Source of the DNA: a virus
Virus record (IMG/VR): IMGVR_UViG_3300023184_000046
Span: 1-64,000 of that record
DNA length: 64,000 nucleotides
Reading direction: 5' to 3' (one strand)
Part shown: in pieces, positions 51,156-60,912 of the stretch
Position numbering within the stretch: position 1 is the first letter of the stretch
Layout of the letters: each line of letters starts with the position of its first letter
Notes under the pieces: generated by a model
The model's database searches: none
The model's input: only the letters and a program-made list of their open reading frames with translations
Told to the model about the DNA's origin: nothing
Program-made: the position numbers and the translations under genes

Positions 51156-52409
51156 ATGAAAAAAAACATACTGGTGTTTCCAAGTGCTTCAAACTTAGCA
51201 ATAGAGATATATTATTCTTTAAATAAAGATAAAAATATAAATCTAATTGGCTGTTCTTCTATTGAAAATGAAATAACTAAAATTTTTAAAGATAATGTGA
51301 AAATTAAAAGTTTCATGGGAGATAAGGATTTTTTAAATAAATTTAATAACATAATTAAAAAACATAAAATTGATTTGATATATCCTTTGAGTGATGATGT
51401 TAGCTTGTATTTTTCAAAAAATATCAATAAATTTAAATGTGGAATAATATCTTCTTGTTATGAAACTAATGCAATTTTAAGATCTAAATATAAAACTTAC
51501 AAATATTTCAATGGCATAATAAATGTCCCAGTAATCTATGAAAACATTAATTTGATTAATAAATTTCCTGTTTTTATAAAACCACAAAAAGGAAGTTCCT
51601 CAAAAGATTGTTATATTGTTAAAAACAAAAAAGAATTAAATTTCTTCATTGATAAGATTGAAAATCCAATTGTATTGGAGTATTTATCTGGACCCGAATT
51701 TACTGTTGATTGTTTTACTGATTTCAATGGTAATCTTTTATTTGCACAACCACGACTTAGAATATTTAAAAGCTTAGGTGCATCTTCTTATACTAAAATA
51801 TCTCAAAACGAAGAATTAAAAGAATGGGCAGTTAAAATAAATAAAAAAATTAAATTCAATGGAGCTTGGTTTTTTCAAACAAAAATAAATAATAAAGGAG
51901 AACAATCCTTACTTGAAATTGCACCAAGAATAGGTGCTTCATCTGGTGTAAACAGGATAAACGATGTTAATCTTCCATTGCTTAATGTTTACAATCATTG
52001 CAAAAATATTGTTGAAATAGACAAAAATGATTTTCATGTAACTGGTTATAGATATTTAAATTATGAGTTTGATTTTGATTTTAATTTTTATAAAAATATT
52101 TATTTTGACTTTGATGATACATTATTGATTAATGGTAAATTAAATACAGATTTAATTAAGTTTGTTATTAAGTGTATTAATGCAAAAGCTAATATAATAT
52201 TGATATCAAAACACGAAGGGAATCTTAATAAAAAACTTAAAAAATTTAAAATAAAAAATCTGTTTGGAAAAATTATTCATATAGATAAAAATGAAGATAA
52301 AGCCATGTACATGAAGAAGAATTCTATATTAATTGATGATAGTTTTTCAGAAAGAAAAAAGGCAAGAGAAAAAGGATTTCCTGCTTTCCCACCAGAAGCA
52401 TTTAATTAA
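51156..52409 (+). CDS. ATP-grasp protein with C-terminal HAD-like domain
   Basis: FPVFIKP..GSSS, EYLSGPEFTVD, LLEIAPR; FDFDDTL and IDDSFSE. Confidence 0.8.
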   Translation: MKKNILVFPSASNLAIEIYYSLNKDKNINLIGCSSIENEITKIFKDNVKIKSFMGDKDFLNKFNNIIKKHKIDLIYPLSDDVSLYFSKNINKFKCGIISSCYETNAILRSKYKTYKYFNGIINVPVIYENINLINKFPVFIKPQKGSSSKDCYIVKNKKELNFFIDKIENPIVLEYLSGPEFTVDCFTDFNGNLLFAQPRLRIFKSLGASSYTKISQNEELKEWAVKINKKIKFNGAWFFQTKINNKGEQSLLEIAPRIGASSGVNRINDVNLPLLNVYNHCKNIVEIDKNDFHVTGYRYLNYEFDFDFNFYKNIYFDFDDTLLINGKLNTDLIKFVIKCINAKANIILISKHEGNLNKKLKKFKIKNLFGKIIHIDKNEDKAMYMKKNSILIDDSFSERKKAREKGFPAFPPEAFN

Positions 52410-53161
52410 AATAATTTTAAACTTTTATTAAATTTTGCAATATTTTCTTTTCTTTTTGATTGGTATTCATTTGCTTTTGATGCATTGGCTGAAATCATTC
52501 TATTTGGGTCTAAACTAACAATATTATAACTTTTGTTTGCGAAGTATGCTACTGTTAGTCTTTCGTAAAAATAAGAACAATTTACATGAGGTTTGTAATT
52601 TGGACATTGCTCGCTATCATATTCATATTTGTATTCATATTTTCCAAAAAAATAATCAAATTCTTTTCTCCACCATTTTAAAAATTCTACTAATATGCTT
52701 TTTTTACAAATAAAGTTATTGCTGTAAAAGCTAGTTCCTGTTCTTTTAAAATTATTTCTTATTAATAACTCATCAATATAAACTTCCATCCCAACATGAT
52801 TAGAAATTGATTCTTCGTACCAGCTTTCCTCTACAAGTGCTGGTGCATAAATAAAGCTTTTTTTGAAGTTACTAACTAATTCTGGTAATTTTTCTAATTT
52901 AAAAACACTGCTATCTTCTTCATTTGTTTTGTATTTTGAATTCCAGCTTGCAGAACAAATACCAACATACTCGTAATCTGACAATAAACTTGTATTATTT
53001 GATAAATGAATCAAAAATCTATTTTCTGCTAATTTGTTATTTTTATATTTTTCATCTAATTCAAGGTTGTTTAAATTTATTTTTTTAATAAATTTGCCAG
53101 AATTAACTTTGTTTAATAATTCTTCTTCATTGTGTATAACAAAAATTTGTATTTCTTTCAT
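52406..53161 (-). CDS. Hypothetical glycan-related protein (DUF4422-like)
   Basis: E......EYVG, NNFICKK, YFYERL pattern. Confidence 0.45.
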   Translation of the reverse strand: MKEIQIFVIHNEEELLNKVNSGKFIKKINLNNLELDEKYKNNKLAENRFLIHLSNNTSLLSDYEYVGICSASWNSKYKTNEEDSSVFKLEKLPELVSNFKKSFIYAPALVEESWYEESISNHVGMEVYIDELLIRNNFKRTGTSFYSNNFICKKSILVEFLKWWRKEFDYFFGKYEYKYEYDSEQCPNYKPHVNCSYFYERLTVAYFANKSYNIVSLDPNRMISANASKANEYQSKRKENIAKFNKSLKLF

Positions 53162-53164
53162 GAT

Positions 53165-53956
53165 TTAAATAAATATTTTTTCTGTAAAAGGGTCATTGAT
53201 ATATACATTTTCCTTAATCTTAATTCCATTTCTTTCATTTAACTCTCCATATGAAGAGCCAAATAAAAAATTATTATTTGCGTATTTTTGTTTAAAATAA
53301 GCAGAATAAATTTTTTTAATTTGAATTATTTTATCATGAACATTACTTGCGTAAATTGCATGATGCATTATTGCTTCTTGTGTTACAGGAGCATGAGGTC
53401 CATTTATGAAGAATTCTCTTGGCATAAAACCATGGTTTATATTAGCTTTGTGAATAAATTTGTTTAGAATATCTTGATCAGCATAAGTAGGCTTGTTTAC
53501 TTTTAATTCTTCTTTTATAGAATCTATGAACTTAATTGTATTTGGGGTATTTCTTAAAATATAATAACCGCCATTATAATGTTCGTAGTAATCATTAGAA
53601 TCATGCTCCATAATACCACAAAAATCTAACTTTTTATCTTCCATAAAACTGAACACTCTAAAAATGTTCATGGGGTTTAAATATTGAATATCTAAATCAT
53701 TAAATACCAATAATTCTCTTGGTTTTAATTTGTTTAAATTTTTATTTATAAAATCTAATTTTTGTATTCCCGCTTCATACCAAGAAGGAGTTCCAAATCC
53801 AAATGAATCAAAATTTTTAAAATCAAGCTTATGCAAGCAAATTTCAAAATAATCCAAATGTTTCTTTATTGATTTATGATAAATATCATAAAGTCTCTTA
53901 ATATTACCAGACCAAACTCCTACAAGTTTTATTTTTTTATTTTTGTGTGTAATCAT
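53165..53956 (-). CDS. Nucleotide-diphospho-sugar transferase (GT-A, GT77/GT8-like)
   Basis: VFNDLDIQY, YNGGYY, DQDILN, MHHA. Confidence 0.75.
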   Translation of the reverse strand: MITHKNKKIKLVGVWSGNIKRLYDIYHKSIKKHLDYFEICLHKLDFKNFDSFGFGTPSWYEAGIQKLDFINKNLNKLKPRELLVFNDLDIQYLNPMNIFRVFSFMEDKKLDFCGIMEHDSNDYYEHYNGGYYILRNTPNTIKFIDSIKEELKVNKPTYADQDILNKFIHKANINHGFMPREFFINGPHAPVTQEAIMHHAIYASNVHDKIIQIKKIYSAYFKQKYANNNFLFGSSYGELNERNGIKIKENVYINDPFTEKIFI

Positions 53957-54006
53957 AAATATATAAATAATATATTAAAAAAGAAATTGTTTTATTAGAT
54001 TAAATT

Positions 54007-54750
54007 ATGAAAAACATATTATATTTTCTGCATATACCAAAAACGGCAGGTACATCACTTAATAGACTTTTAAAATCTAATTTTGAAAGTGATAAAATTT
54101 ATCCTTTTTCAACTTATCATCAACTTTTCACTAATTCGAAATTAGATTTAGATTCATATGACTTTATACATGGACACTTTACGATGTCTTTAATTCAAAA
54201 TATTAAATCTACAGCAAATACTATAACAGTTTTTAGAAATCCAATAAGCAGGGTAGTTTCTGCTTATAACCATTTTATGAGAGAACCAGAAGCCAATTTC
54301 GAATTTAATTATTTTAAAAAATGTAATATCAAACAAGCTTTGAAAACTTATCCTTGGCTTTTTTCAAATCAACAAGTAAAACATTTGGGTTGGGATACAA
54401 ATGTTTTAAATGTTCCAAGATATAAAATCAAAATTCCTTTTAGTATTGAAAATTGGAATGAATTTTATCAAAATGTTAAAATGAATGAAATTTATGAAAA
54501 AGCATGTAATAATTTAGAAAAATTATTTTTATTTGGTTTTACAGATCGAATTGAAGAATTTATTAATAATTTATTTGTGAAAATGAATTGGGAATTGCCT
54601 TTGGAAATTCCAAGCCAAAATAAAGCTAAAGATAATCAAATTACTGAAACTGATTTAAGTCCAGATATTATTGAAGTAATAGAAAAATTAAATGAATATG
54701 ATATTAGACTTTATCAACATGCAAGAAAAAGATATAAAGAAATTAAATAA
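54007..54750 (+). CDS. Sulfotransferase family 2
   Basis: FLHIPKTAGTS, HGHF, RNPISRVVSAY, N..D..LY. Confidence 0.85.
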   Translation: MKNILYFLHIPKTAGTSLNRLLKSNFESDKIYPFSTYHQLFTNSKLDLDSYDFIHGHFTMSLIQNIKSTANTITVFRNPISRVVSAYNHFMREPEANFEFNYFKKCNIKQALKTYPWLFSNQQVKHLGWDTNVLNVPRYKIKIPFSIENWNEFYQNVKMNEIYEKACNNLEKLFLFGFTDRIEEFINNLFVKMNWELPLEIPSQNKAKDNQITETDLSPDIIEVIEKLNEYDIRLYQHARKRYKEIK

Positions 54751-55252
54751 TCCCATAAATAGACCACAAACACTCATCATCAACTTTAGCATTGTTGATC
54801 TTTTCGAAGTAATTAATTAAATCATCTAGACTTCCAAACATGTTTTTGTGTGATAGCATTCCATAATACCAAACTGGAACTAATTCTTTTCCCTCTGGAC
54901 AAACTATGTAGGTTGGTTTATTAGCTTTTATACTTTGAAGTATTTCGCAAGGAACGCCATGAGTTGCAACTTTATAAGGCAAGTAAGCAATTAATCCATC
55001 AACTTTATCGACCATTAAACAATCTTTTATGTAAAATTTTCTAGCTATACTTGCTATCCTATCATAATCTTTTTCTTTTCTTGCTTCTGCTATTTGCTCT
55101 TTCCATTGTTGTTTTGGATCTAAAAATGGATCATAAATATTTAAATCAAATTTTTTTATAATATTATCTTTGAATTCATATCTCCAATTATCTGTTCCAA
55201 ATTCAATTGGAGCAGATAAATAAAATGTCTTTTTTGAAAGAAGGTTATTCAT
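54743..55252 (-). CDS. Nucleoside 2-deoxyribosyltransferase-like / nucleotide N-hydrolase
   Basis: FYLSAPI, DP, D..MV...D..IAYL, G...E. Confidence 0.7.
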   Translation of the reverse strand: MNNLLSKKTFYLSAPIEFGTDNWRYEFKDNIIKKFDLNIYDPFLDPKQQWKEQIAEARKEKDYDRIASIARKFYIKDCLMVDKVDGLIAYLPYKVATHGVPCEILQSIKANKPTYIVCPEGKELVPVWYYGMLSHKNMFGSLDDLINYFEKINNAKVDDECLWSIYGII

Positions 55253-55317
55253 ATATCCTTTTTAATTTATTTTTGCAAAAATGCAACAATATTTATTTTT
55301 TTTTAATATATTATTGT

Positions 55318-55881
55318 ATGAAAACGCTGCTTACTAAAAATCGCAAAGAAAAATTAGATATTTACATTAAGTTGGCAAATTTACTAGATGGAGATTTTGC
55401 TGAAGTTGGTGTTTATAAAGGTGGCAGTGCTGAAATAATAGCAAAAAATAAAAATGAAAATAAAAGCCTTTATCTATTTGATACTTTTGAAGGAATGCCA
55501 GAAGTAAACTTAGATGTTGATAATTTTCATAAAAAAAATGATTTTAATGATGTGTCTTATTCAGATGTTTGTTTGGAATTACGACAGTATAAAAATGTTT
55601 TCATTTACAAGGGACTATTTCCAATTGACCATGGTCATAAAATAAAAGATAGAAAATTCTGTTTGGTTCATATAGATGTTGATATTTATAAAAGTTATAT
55701 TGATTGCTTAAATTTTTTCTATCCAAAAATGGTAGATGGTGGAATTATTGTTTTAGATGATTATGCTTCTCCAACTTGCAAAGGTGCAAAACTAGCAACT
55801 GATGAATTCTTCGCAAATAAACCTGAAAAACCAATATGGGAAGTAAAGCCTCAAGTTTGCATTATTAAACAACCAAAATGA
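55318..55881 (+). CDS. TylF/MycF-family O-methyltransferase
   Basis: GDFAEVGVYKGGS, FDTFEG, HIDVDIY, GGIIVLDDY; start moved to ATG 55318. Confidence 0.85.
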   Translation: MKTLLTKNRKEKLDIYIKLANLLDGDFAEVGVYKGGSAEIIAKNKNENKSLYLFDTFEGMPEVNLDVDNFHKKNDFNDVSYSDVCLELRQYKNVFIYKGLFPIDHGHKIKDRKFCLVHIDVDIYKSYIDCLNFFYPKMVDGGIIVLDDYASPTCKGAKLATDEFFANKPEKPIWEVKPQVCIIKQPK

Positions 55882-56540
55882 TAATAAAAACAAAGTTTAA
55901 AATTTATCCTTCTATTTTCATACACATTCCTAAATGTGCTGGTAGTTCAATTAAAGAAATGTTACAAGATTTAAACGAAGCATCTGATATACATTCTAAA
56001 CTTAAAGATGATATTAAAATATTGAAAAATAAAGAAATTGATATAAAAAGATATTTCATTTTTACAGTTTTAAGAAATCCTTGGGATAGAATGGTTTCTT
56101 ATTATTTTTTTTACAGAGACATTGTTAAAAGAAATGAAAAAATAGCAAATAAAGCTAAGAAATTTGATTTCAAAGATTGGGTTTCTTACATTTATGATAA
56201 TCCGAAAATTTTTAATTTTATTCACGATAATTGTTTAGACTATTTAACATGCGAAGATAAAGTAATTGTTGATTATATTATAAACTTCCATAATTTCTCA
56301 GAAGACATTGATGATTTGAAAAATATTTTACATTTAAAATTGCCTACATTGCATGTTAATTCTTCTAAACATGATTTTTACAAAGACTATTATTCAGAAA
56401 AAGAAATTGAAATAATATCAAAAATTTATAAAAGAGACATTGATTATTTTAATTTTGATTTTGAAAAAACAACTCAAATGAGTAAAATAATAAATGAAGA
56501 AAAAATTAATATTATTAGAAATAAAAAAATTAGTTTATAA
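55878..56540 (+). CDS. Sulfotransferase family 2
   Basis: FIHIPKCAGSSI, RNPWDRMVSYY, Y..DI.YF.F. Confidence 0.85.
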   Translation: MIIKTKFKIYPSIFIHIPKCAGSSIKEMLQDLNEASDIHSKLKDDIKILKNKEIDIKRYFIFTVLRNPWDRMVSYYFFYRDIVKRNEKIANKAKKFDFKDWVSYIYDNPKIFNFIHDNCLDYLTCEDKVIVDYIINFHNFSEDIDDLKNILHLKLPTLHVNSSKHDFYKDYYSEKEIEIISKIYKRDIDYFNFDFEKTTQMSKIINEEKINIIRNKKISL

Positions 56541-56549
56541 AGGTAAAAT

Positions 56550-56750
56550 ATGATAATTATTCCAACTGAAATCAAATTAAGTGTAAAATTTTTAACTATT
56601 GATGCCAATACTGAGTCAGTAGTCGAAACTAATGATTTTTCATTAGATTTTCAAAAAATTGATAAAACCCTTTTCATAGAAGCTTATGAAGCATTAGAAA
56701 AAATTAAGCAAGAATTGATTGAAAAAAGCAAAAAACTAAATCAATCTTAA
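56550..56750 (+). CDS. Hypothetical protein
   Basis: 66-aa ORF with AAGG SD. Confidence 0.6.
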   Translation: MIIIPTEIKLSVKFLTIDANTESVVETNDFSLDFQKIDKTLFIEAYEALEKIKQELIEKSKKLNQS

Positions 56751-56761
56751 TACATATTTTT

Positions 56762-57349
56762 ATGAACTTTGCTTTATGGTTAGAAAAAAAAGATATAGAA
56801 CTATATGAATCTATTTTAAATGAAATGGATCGCAGAGAATTTTTAAAAGCTGCTGGTCTTGGATTAGCTGGATTAACTGGTTCTAATGCAGAAGCTGCTC
56901 CTGAAGAAGAACCCAGTAGAAAAAAAGAAATAACTATAAAGCCAATGACAGCTTCTTTGCAAAATGATTCTCCAAATGGCATGTTTTCTATAACAATAGA
57001 AAATGCCAAAGGTAAAAAAACTCATGATATTCAATTTTTAATAAAAAAACAAATTGAGAAATTTTTAAACAACAGACAATTGAAGCTAAAAGATCCTTAT
57101 GTAAATATAGATGTCTATTCTTATTTGACAAATAAAACAAAAGATGATGTTCATGAAAAATTTATTACCACGAAAGATTTATTTATTTCTTATCCTCATG
57201 GTTCTTCATCAAATAAACTAGAAGCTTTTTTAATGAATAATAAGGATGCATATGATAATGATTCTTTAACATTTGTATTTAAATATACAGAGAAAAGACC
57301 TAAAGGTAATGGACAAGGCAATCCTTTGCAAAATCCTTTAAGAAAATAA
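56762..57349 (+). CDS. Hypothetical protein with leader followed by a twin-arginine-like signal
   Basis: MNFALWLE...ILNE then MDRREFLKAAGLGLAGLTGSNAEA. Confidence 0.7.
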   Translation: MNFALWLEKKDIELYESILNEMDRREFLKAAGLGLAGLTGSNAEAAPEEEPSRKKEITIKPMTASLQNDSPNGMFSITIENAKGKKTHDIQFLIKKQIEKFLNNRQLKLKDPYVNIDVYSYLTNKTKDDVHEKFITTKDLFISYPHGSSSNKLEAFLMNNKDAYDNDSLTFVFKYTEKRPKGNGQGNPLQNPLRK

Positions 57350-57544
57350 TTAATTACCTTCAGTTTTTTCTTCTAACCATTCTTTAAAAGATTTAAATTT
57401 CTTCTTTTTTTTCTTGTGCTTAACAACTTTATCAGGCAATTTTGAATAATCAGTTTTCCTTGACCATTCCCCACAATCTACTTTTCCTCCAAATCCGTTA
57501 CTTGCAAAACAAGCCTTCATTTGTGCTTTACTAGAAAATGGCAT
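57350..57544 (-). CDS. Small basic hypothetical protein
   Basis: ATG 57544 with AGGAG SD; MPFSSKAQ...KKKKKKFKSFKEWLEE. Confidence 0.65.
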   Translation of the reverse strand: MPFSSKAQMKACFASNGFGGKVDCGEWSRKTDYSKLPDKVVKHKKKKKKFKSFKEWLEEKTEGN

Positions 57545-57598
57545 AATTACTCCTAATTTTAAAATTAATAATGATATATATTTGAAAAGGAGATAAAA

Positions 57599-57907
57599 AT
57601 GAAAGATAAATACTTGCTTTACTTGTCTGGAGTTATAAATGAAGAAACTTTTATTAAACAATCAAAAAATATAAAAGAATCCGAAAACAAAGAACTTAAC
57701 AATTATATGTTTTTTCAAAACTTAAATGTTATTAAAAAGTGTATAGAAGATGTGTTAAATATGAATCAGGAAGATGTAGATAATTTATTGGAAGATGGTC
57801 ATGATTGGGCTAACGATCATATTTCTGGAGCAAAGAATTCTATTGAACAAGTATGTGATTGGCTTAGAAATTCAACTAATAAAGATAAAAATATGGAGAA
57901 TATGTAA
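57599..57907 (+). CDS. Hypothetical protein
   Basis: AAGGAG SD; NYMFFQNL...GHDWANDHIS. Confidence 0.7.
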   Translation: MKDKYLLYLSGVINEETFIKQSKNIKESENKELNNYMFFQNLNVIKKCIEDVLNMNQEDVDNLLEDGHDWANDHISGAKNSIEQVCDWLRNSTNKDKNMENM

Positions 57908-58683
57908 TGGGAGGCAGTGAATCTATTGTAACTTGTGCAGATAGGAATAATCCAAATTTTCAAGTTTGGGGTGCAATGTCCGATCTTGGATGTAATAAAA
58001 AAAAGAAATATAAATTTAAATCATTCAAAGAATGGATTTCGACAAATAAAATACATCTTGAAGCTATAACTCTAGGAACTGAAGAAGTTGATGAAAGTCA
58101 AATAGATTCTGCTTATCAAAATGCAAAATACGCAGTTCAATTAGTAAAATTATATGATTTGACATTTCCTAAAGGCCAGAAGTTACTTGCAAACATAAGT
58201 ACCATAGCGACTTTAAACCAAGGAGTTTATGGTCTTTATAATTCTAAGGAAAATAAAGAAGTTATATTAAACCAACTTGCTATAAAACCAGAACAGCTTA
58301 ATAAAATTAAAATGACTTTTGGTCAAGATGCAATTGGAAAAGAAAATATTGATGGATTGCCTAGAGATGTAGTAAAAGGTGTATCTCTTAATGTTATTAA
58401 GAAATACATTCCCGAAATTAATGTTTCAAATTTTTCGCCATCTAGTGTCATACATGTAAATGTTCAAAAACATTTGCAAAATCATAAAGATCCAATATCA
58501 GCAGTAATAGAATTAGCAAGCACCATCGTACACGAAGCAACTCACGAATTAGATTTCACAAATACTAATGCAACATCAGAATCAAGTGCTGTAGCAGCAG
58601 AAGGTAAATTCAAAAATTGGGTTAAAAATAACTGGAATATGATAACTCAAAAAATAAAATTTTTTTCAGAAAAGGTAAAGTAA
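57907..58683 (+). CDS. Putative zincin metallopeptidase
   Basis: IVHEATHE (HExxH) with a downstream E..A. Confidence 0.55.
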   Translation: MGGSESIVTCADRNNPNFQVWGAMSDLGCNKKKKYKFKSFKEWISTNKIHLEAITLGTEEVDESQIDSAYQNAKYAVQLVKLYDLTFPKGQKLLANISTIATLNQGVYGLYNSKENKEVILNQLAIKPEQLNKIKMTFGQDAIGKENIDGLPRDVVKGVSLNVIKKYIPEINVSNFSPSSVIHVNVQKHLQNHKDPISAVIELASTIVHEATHELDFTNTNATSESSAVAAEGKFKNWVKNNWNMITQKIKFFSEKVK

Positions 58684-58686
58684 AAT

Positions 58687-60516
58687 ATGAAAAAATATAA
58701 AAAAATCTTTATTCTTGGTTCAACAGAGCCTCCAATTACTACAACACCAGAACCAACGACCACAACACCAGAACCTACGACCACAACACCAGAACCTACT
58801 ACCACAACAACGGTTGCACCTACTACTACAGAAGCACCTACAACAACAACGACTACTACAGAAGCACCTACAACAACAACGACTACAGAAGCACCTACAA
58901 CAACGACTACTACAGAAGCACCTACAACAACGACTACTACAGAAGCACCTACAACAACGACTACTACAGAAGCACCTACAACAACAACGACTACAGAAGC
59001 ACCTACAACGACTACTACAGAAGCACCTACAACAACAACAACAACGACTACTACAGAAGCACCTACAACAACAACGACTACTACAGAAGCACCTACAACA
59101 ACAACGACTACTACAGAAGCACCTACAACAACAACGACTACAGAAGCACCTACAACAACGACTACTACAGAAGCACCTACAACAACGACTACTACAGAAG
59201 CACCTACAACAACAACGACTACTACAGAAGCACCTACAACAACGACTACTACAGAAGCACCTACAACAACGACTACTACAGAAGCACCTACAACAACAAC
59301 GACTACTACAGAAGCACCTACAACAACAACGACTACAGAAGCACCTACAACGACTACTACAGAAGCACCTACAACAACAACGACTACTACAGAAGCACCT
59401 ACAACAACAACGACTACTACAGAAGCACCTACAACAACAACGACTACTACAGAAGCACCTACAACAACAACGACTACTACAGAAGCACCTACAACAACGG
59501 TTGCACCTACGACAACGGTTGCACCTACGACAACGGTTGCACCTACGACAACGGTTGCACCTACGACAACGGTTGCACCTACGACAACGGTTGCACCTAC
59601 TACGACTACATCAACTACTACCACACCAGAAGTTTGTCCTGCACTTTTTAATAGATTGGCTAATCTTAAAATTAGAAAAAGAAAAATTAAAGAATCTTTA
59701 AAAAACAATAAAGAAATTTATTCTAAAAATGATAAAAATTATAATTATAAATCTTTAAGGAATATGATTGAAGAAATTAAAGATAAAATTAAAAAAATCA
59801 AAAAACAAATTATAGACAATTGTCCAGGTCCAAAATGTGATGCTGCTAAAAAAGCTGTAAGTGACAAAAAAGAAGAAAATAAAAAAAATGAAGCAGATTT
59901 GAAAAGTACACAAGAAGGAATTTTAAAATTAGAAAAATTGGTCAAGGCAAACTTTACTAAAAAAGGAGATGCAGTAGATGAAACAGTTTGTGTAAATAAA
60001 TGTGAAAGCAGCAAAACAGCTTGTTTGAATAATTGTGGTAAAAACCAAAAATGTAAAGTCAACTGTGAAAATAATAGAAAAACTTGTGTTACTAATTGTA
60101 TAGAAACAAATGTACTTGCAAATTTTAAAGTAATCGACAACGCTGTTTTAAAAATTGATCCAATTAATAAAAATATTGCAAAATTAAATTTTGACCTTGA
60201 TGTTTTAAATGATCTGCAAGAAGAAAATCCAACAAATTCTAGGAAAAAAGAAATTGAAAATGTTAAGATAGAAATTGAAAATAAAAATAAAGAATATACA
60301 CAAAAATTGGATGAACTTGGTAACTTGTGTAAAAAAGGTATAAAAAAACATGGAAAAGAATATTCTCCTTTTAAAACTCCAGCTATAAGTTTTAATAATA
60401 TTAAAGATATATTAGCAAAGAAAAGGCTAGCAGAAAAATTACAACTTTATGTAGATAAAGGACGAAAAGAACTAAAGGATTTAGAAGCAAAAAAGAAAGA
60501 GATTTGTGGCAATTGA
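58687..60516 (+). CDS. Mucin-like Thr-rich protein with coiled-coil/Cys-rich C-terminal half
   Basis: About 300 aa of T(n)EAP and TTTVAP repeats, then Lys-rich coils and C-x3-C clusters. Confidence 0.8.
   Translation: MKKYKKIFILGSTEPPITTTPEPTTTTPEPTTTTPEPTTTTTVAPTTTEAPTTTTTTTEAPTTTTTTEAPTTTTTTEAPTTTTTTEAPTTTTTTEAPTTTTTTEAPTTTTTEAPTTTTTTTTTEAPTTTTTTTEAPTTTTTTTEAPTTTTTTEAPTTTTTTEAPTTTTTTEAPTTTTTTTEAPTTTTTTEAPTTTTTTEAPTTTTTTTEAPTTTTTTEAPTTTTTEAPTTTTTTTEAPTTTTTTTEAPTTTTTTTEAPTTTTTTTEAPTTTVAPTTTVAPTTTVAPTTTVAPTTTVAPTTTVAPTTTTSTTTTPEVCPALFNRLANLKIRKRKIKESLKNNKEIYSKNDKNYNYKSLRNMIEEIKDKIKKIKKQIIDNCPGPKCDAAKKAVSDKKEENKKNEADLKSTQEGILKLEKLVKANFTKKGDAVDETVCVNKCESSKTACLNNCGKNQKCKVNCENNRKTCVTNCIETNVLANFKVIDNAVLKIDPINKNIAKLNFDLDVLNDLQEENPTNSRKKEIENVKIEIENKNKEYTQKLDELGNLCKKGIKKHGKEYSPFKTPAISFNNIKDILAKKRLAEKLQLYVDKGRKELKDLEAKKKEICGN
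58738..59625 (+). repeat. Variable-length coding tandem repeat
   Basis: About 24 copies of GAAGCACCT(ACA)nACG(ACT)1-2ACA, then 18-bp ACGACAACGGTTGCACCT units. Confidence 0.95.
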
Positions 60517-60541
60517 TTTATTTATGAATTTATGTTATAAT
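60513..60541 (+). promoter_or_regulatory. Sigma70-type promoter
   Basis: TTGATT-N17-TATAAT with extended -10 TGn, 17 nt upstream of the 60559 start. Confidence 0.6.
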
Positions 60542-60558
60542 TAAAAAAAGGAAGAAAT

Positions 60559-60894
60559 ATGGATCTTGATGATTTACAAAAAGTTAAAATTATTGTTGAT
60601 TTGGGTAATGGAATTAAATGGACTTATGAAAATATAAATGCTATTATTGCTGAAGATAAGTTAGTAAGTTTAGAAAATCCAAATTCAACAATTCATGTTT
60701 TAAATATAGAAGCTTCATTGGTTACTGTTACAAAAAGTGAAGGCGATGAAGAAAAAAATAAAAAATGCATCGAGAAAATTAAAAATTTAATTCAAGAATT
60801 AAATCCAATTTATACTGATGTTTCATCAGAAGTCAGCTGCACAAAAGATTGCGTTAATTGTGAAAATGGCTGTAACGGAAATTGTTGTTGTTAA
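60559..60894 (+). CDS. Hypothetical protein with Cys-rich C-terminus
   Basis: AAGGA SD; ends CTKDCVNCENGCNGNCCC. Confidence 0.7.
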   Translation: MDLDDLQKVKIIVDLGNGIKWTYENINAIIAEDKLVSLENPNSTIHVLNIEASLVTVTKSEGDEEKNKKCIEKIKNLIQELNPIYTDVSSEVSCTKDCVNCENGCNGNCCC

Positions 60895-60912
60895 TTTATT
60901 AAACTACAATCA

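Noticed and set aside
45170-56540. Bacterial O-antigen or capsule operon
   Set aside because: Mixed gene orientation, no export or polymerase membrane proteins, and embedded among phage genes.
58647-59708. Poly-Val antisense ORF and the QKHLQQ alternate-frame ORF (58715..59701)
   Set aside because: By-products of the Thr repeat; ACA/ACG/ACT variation is synonymous only in the 58687 frame.
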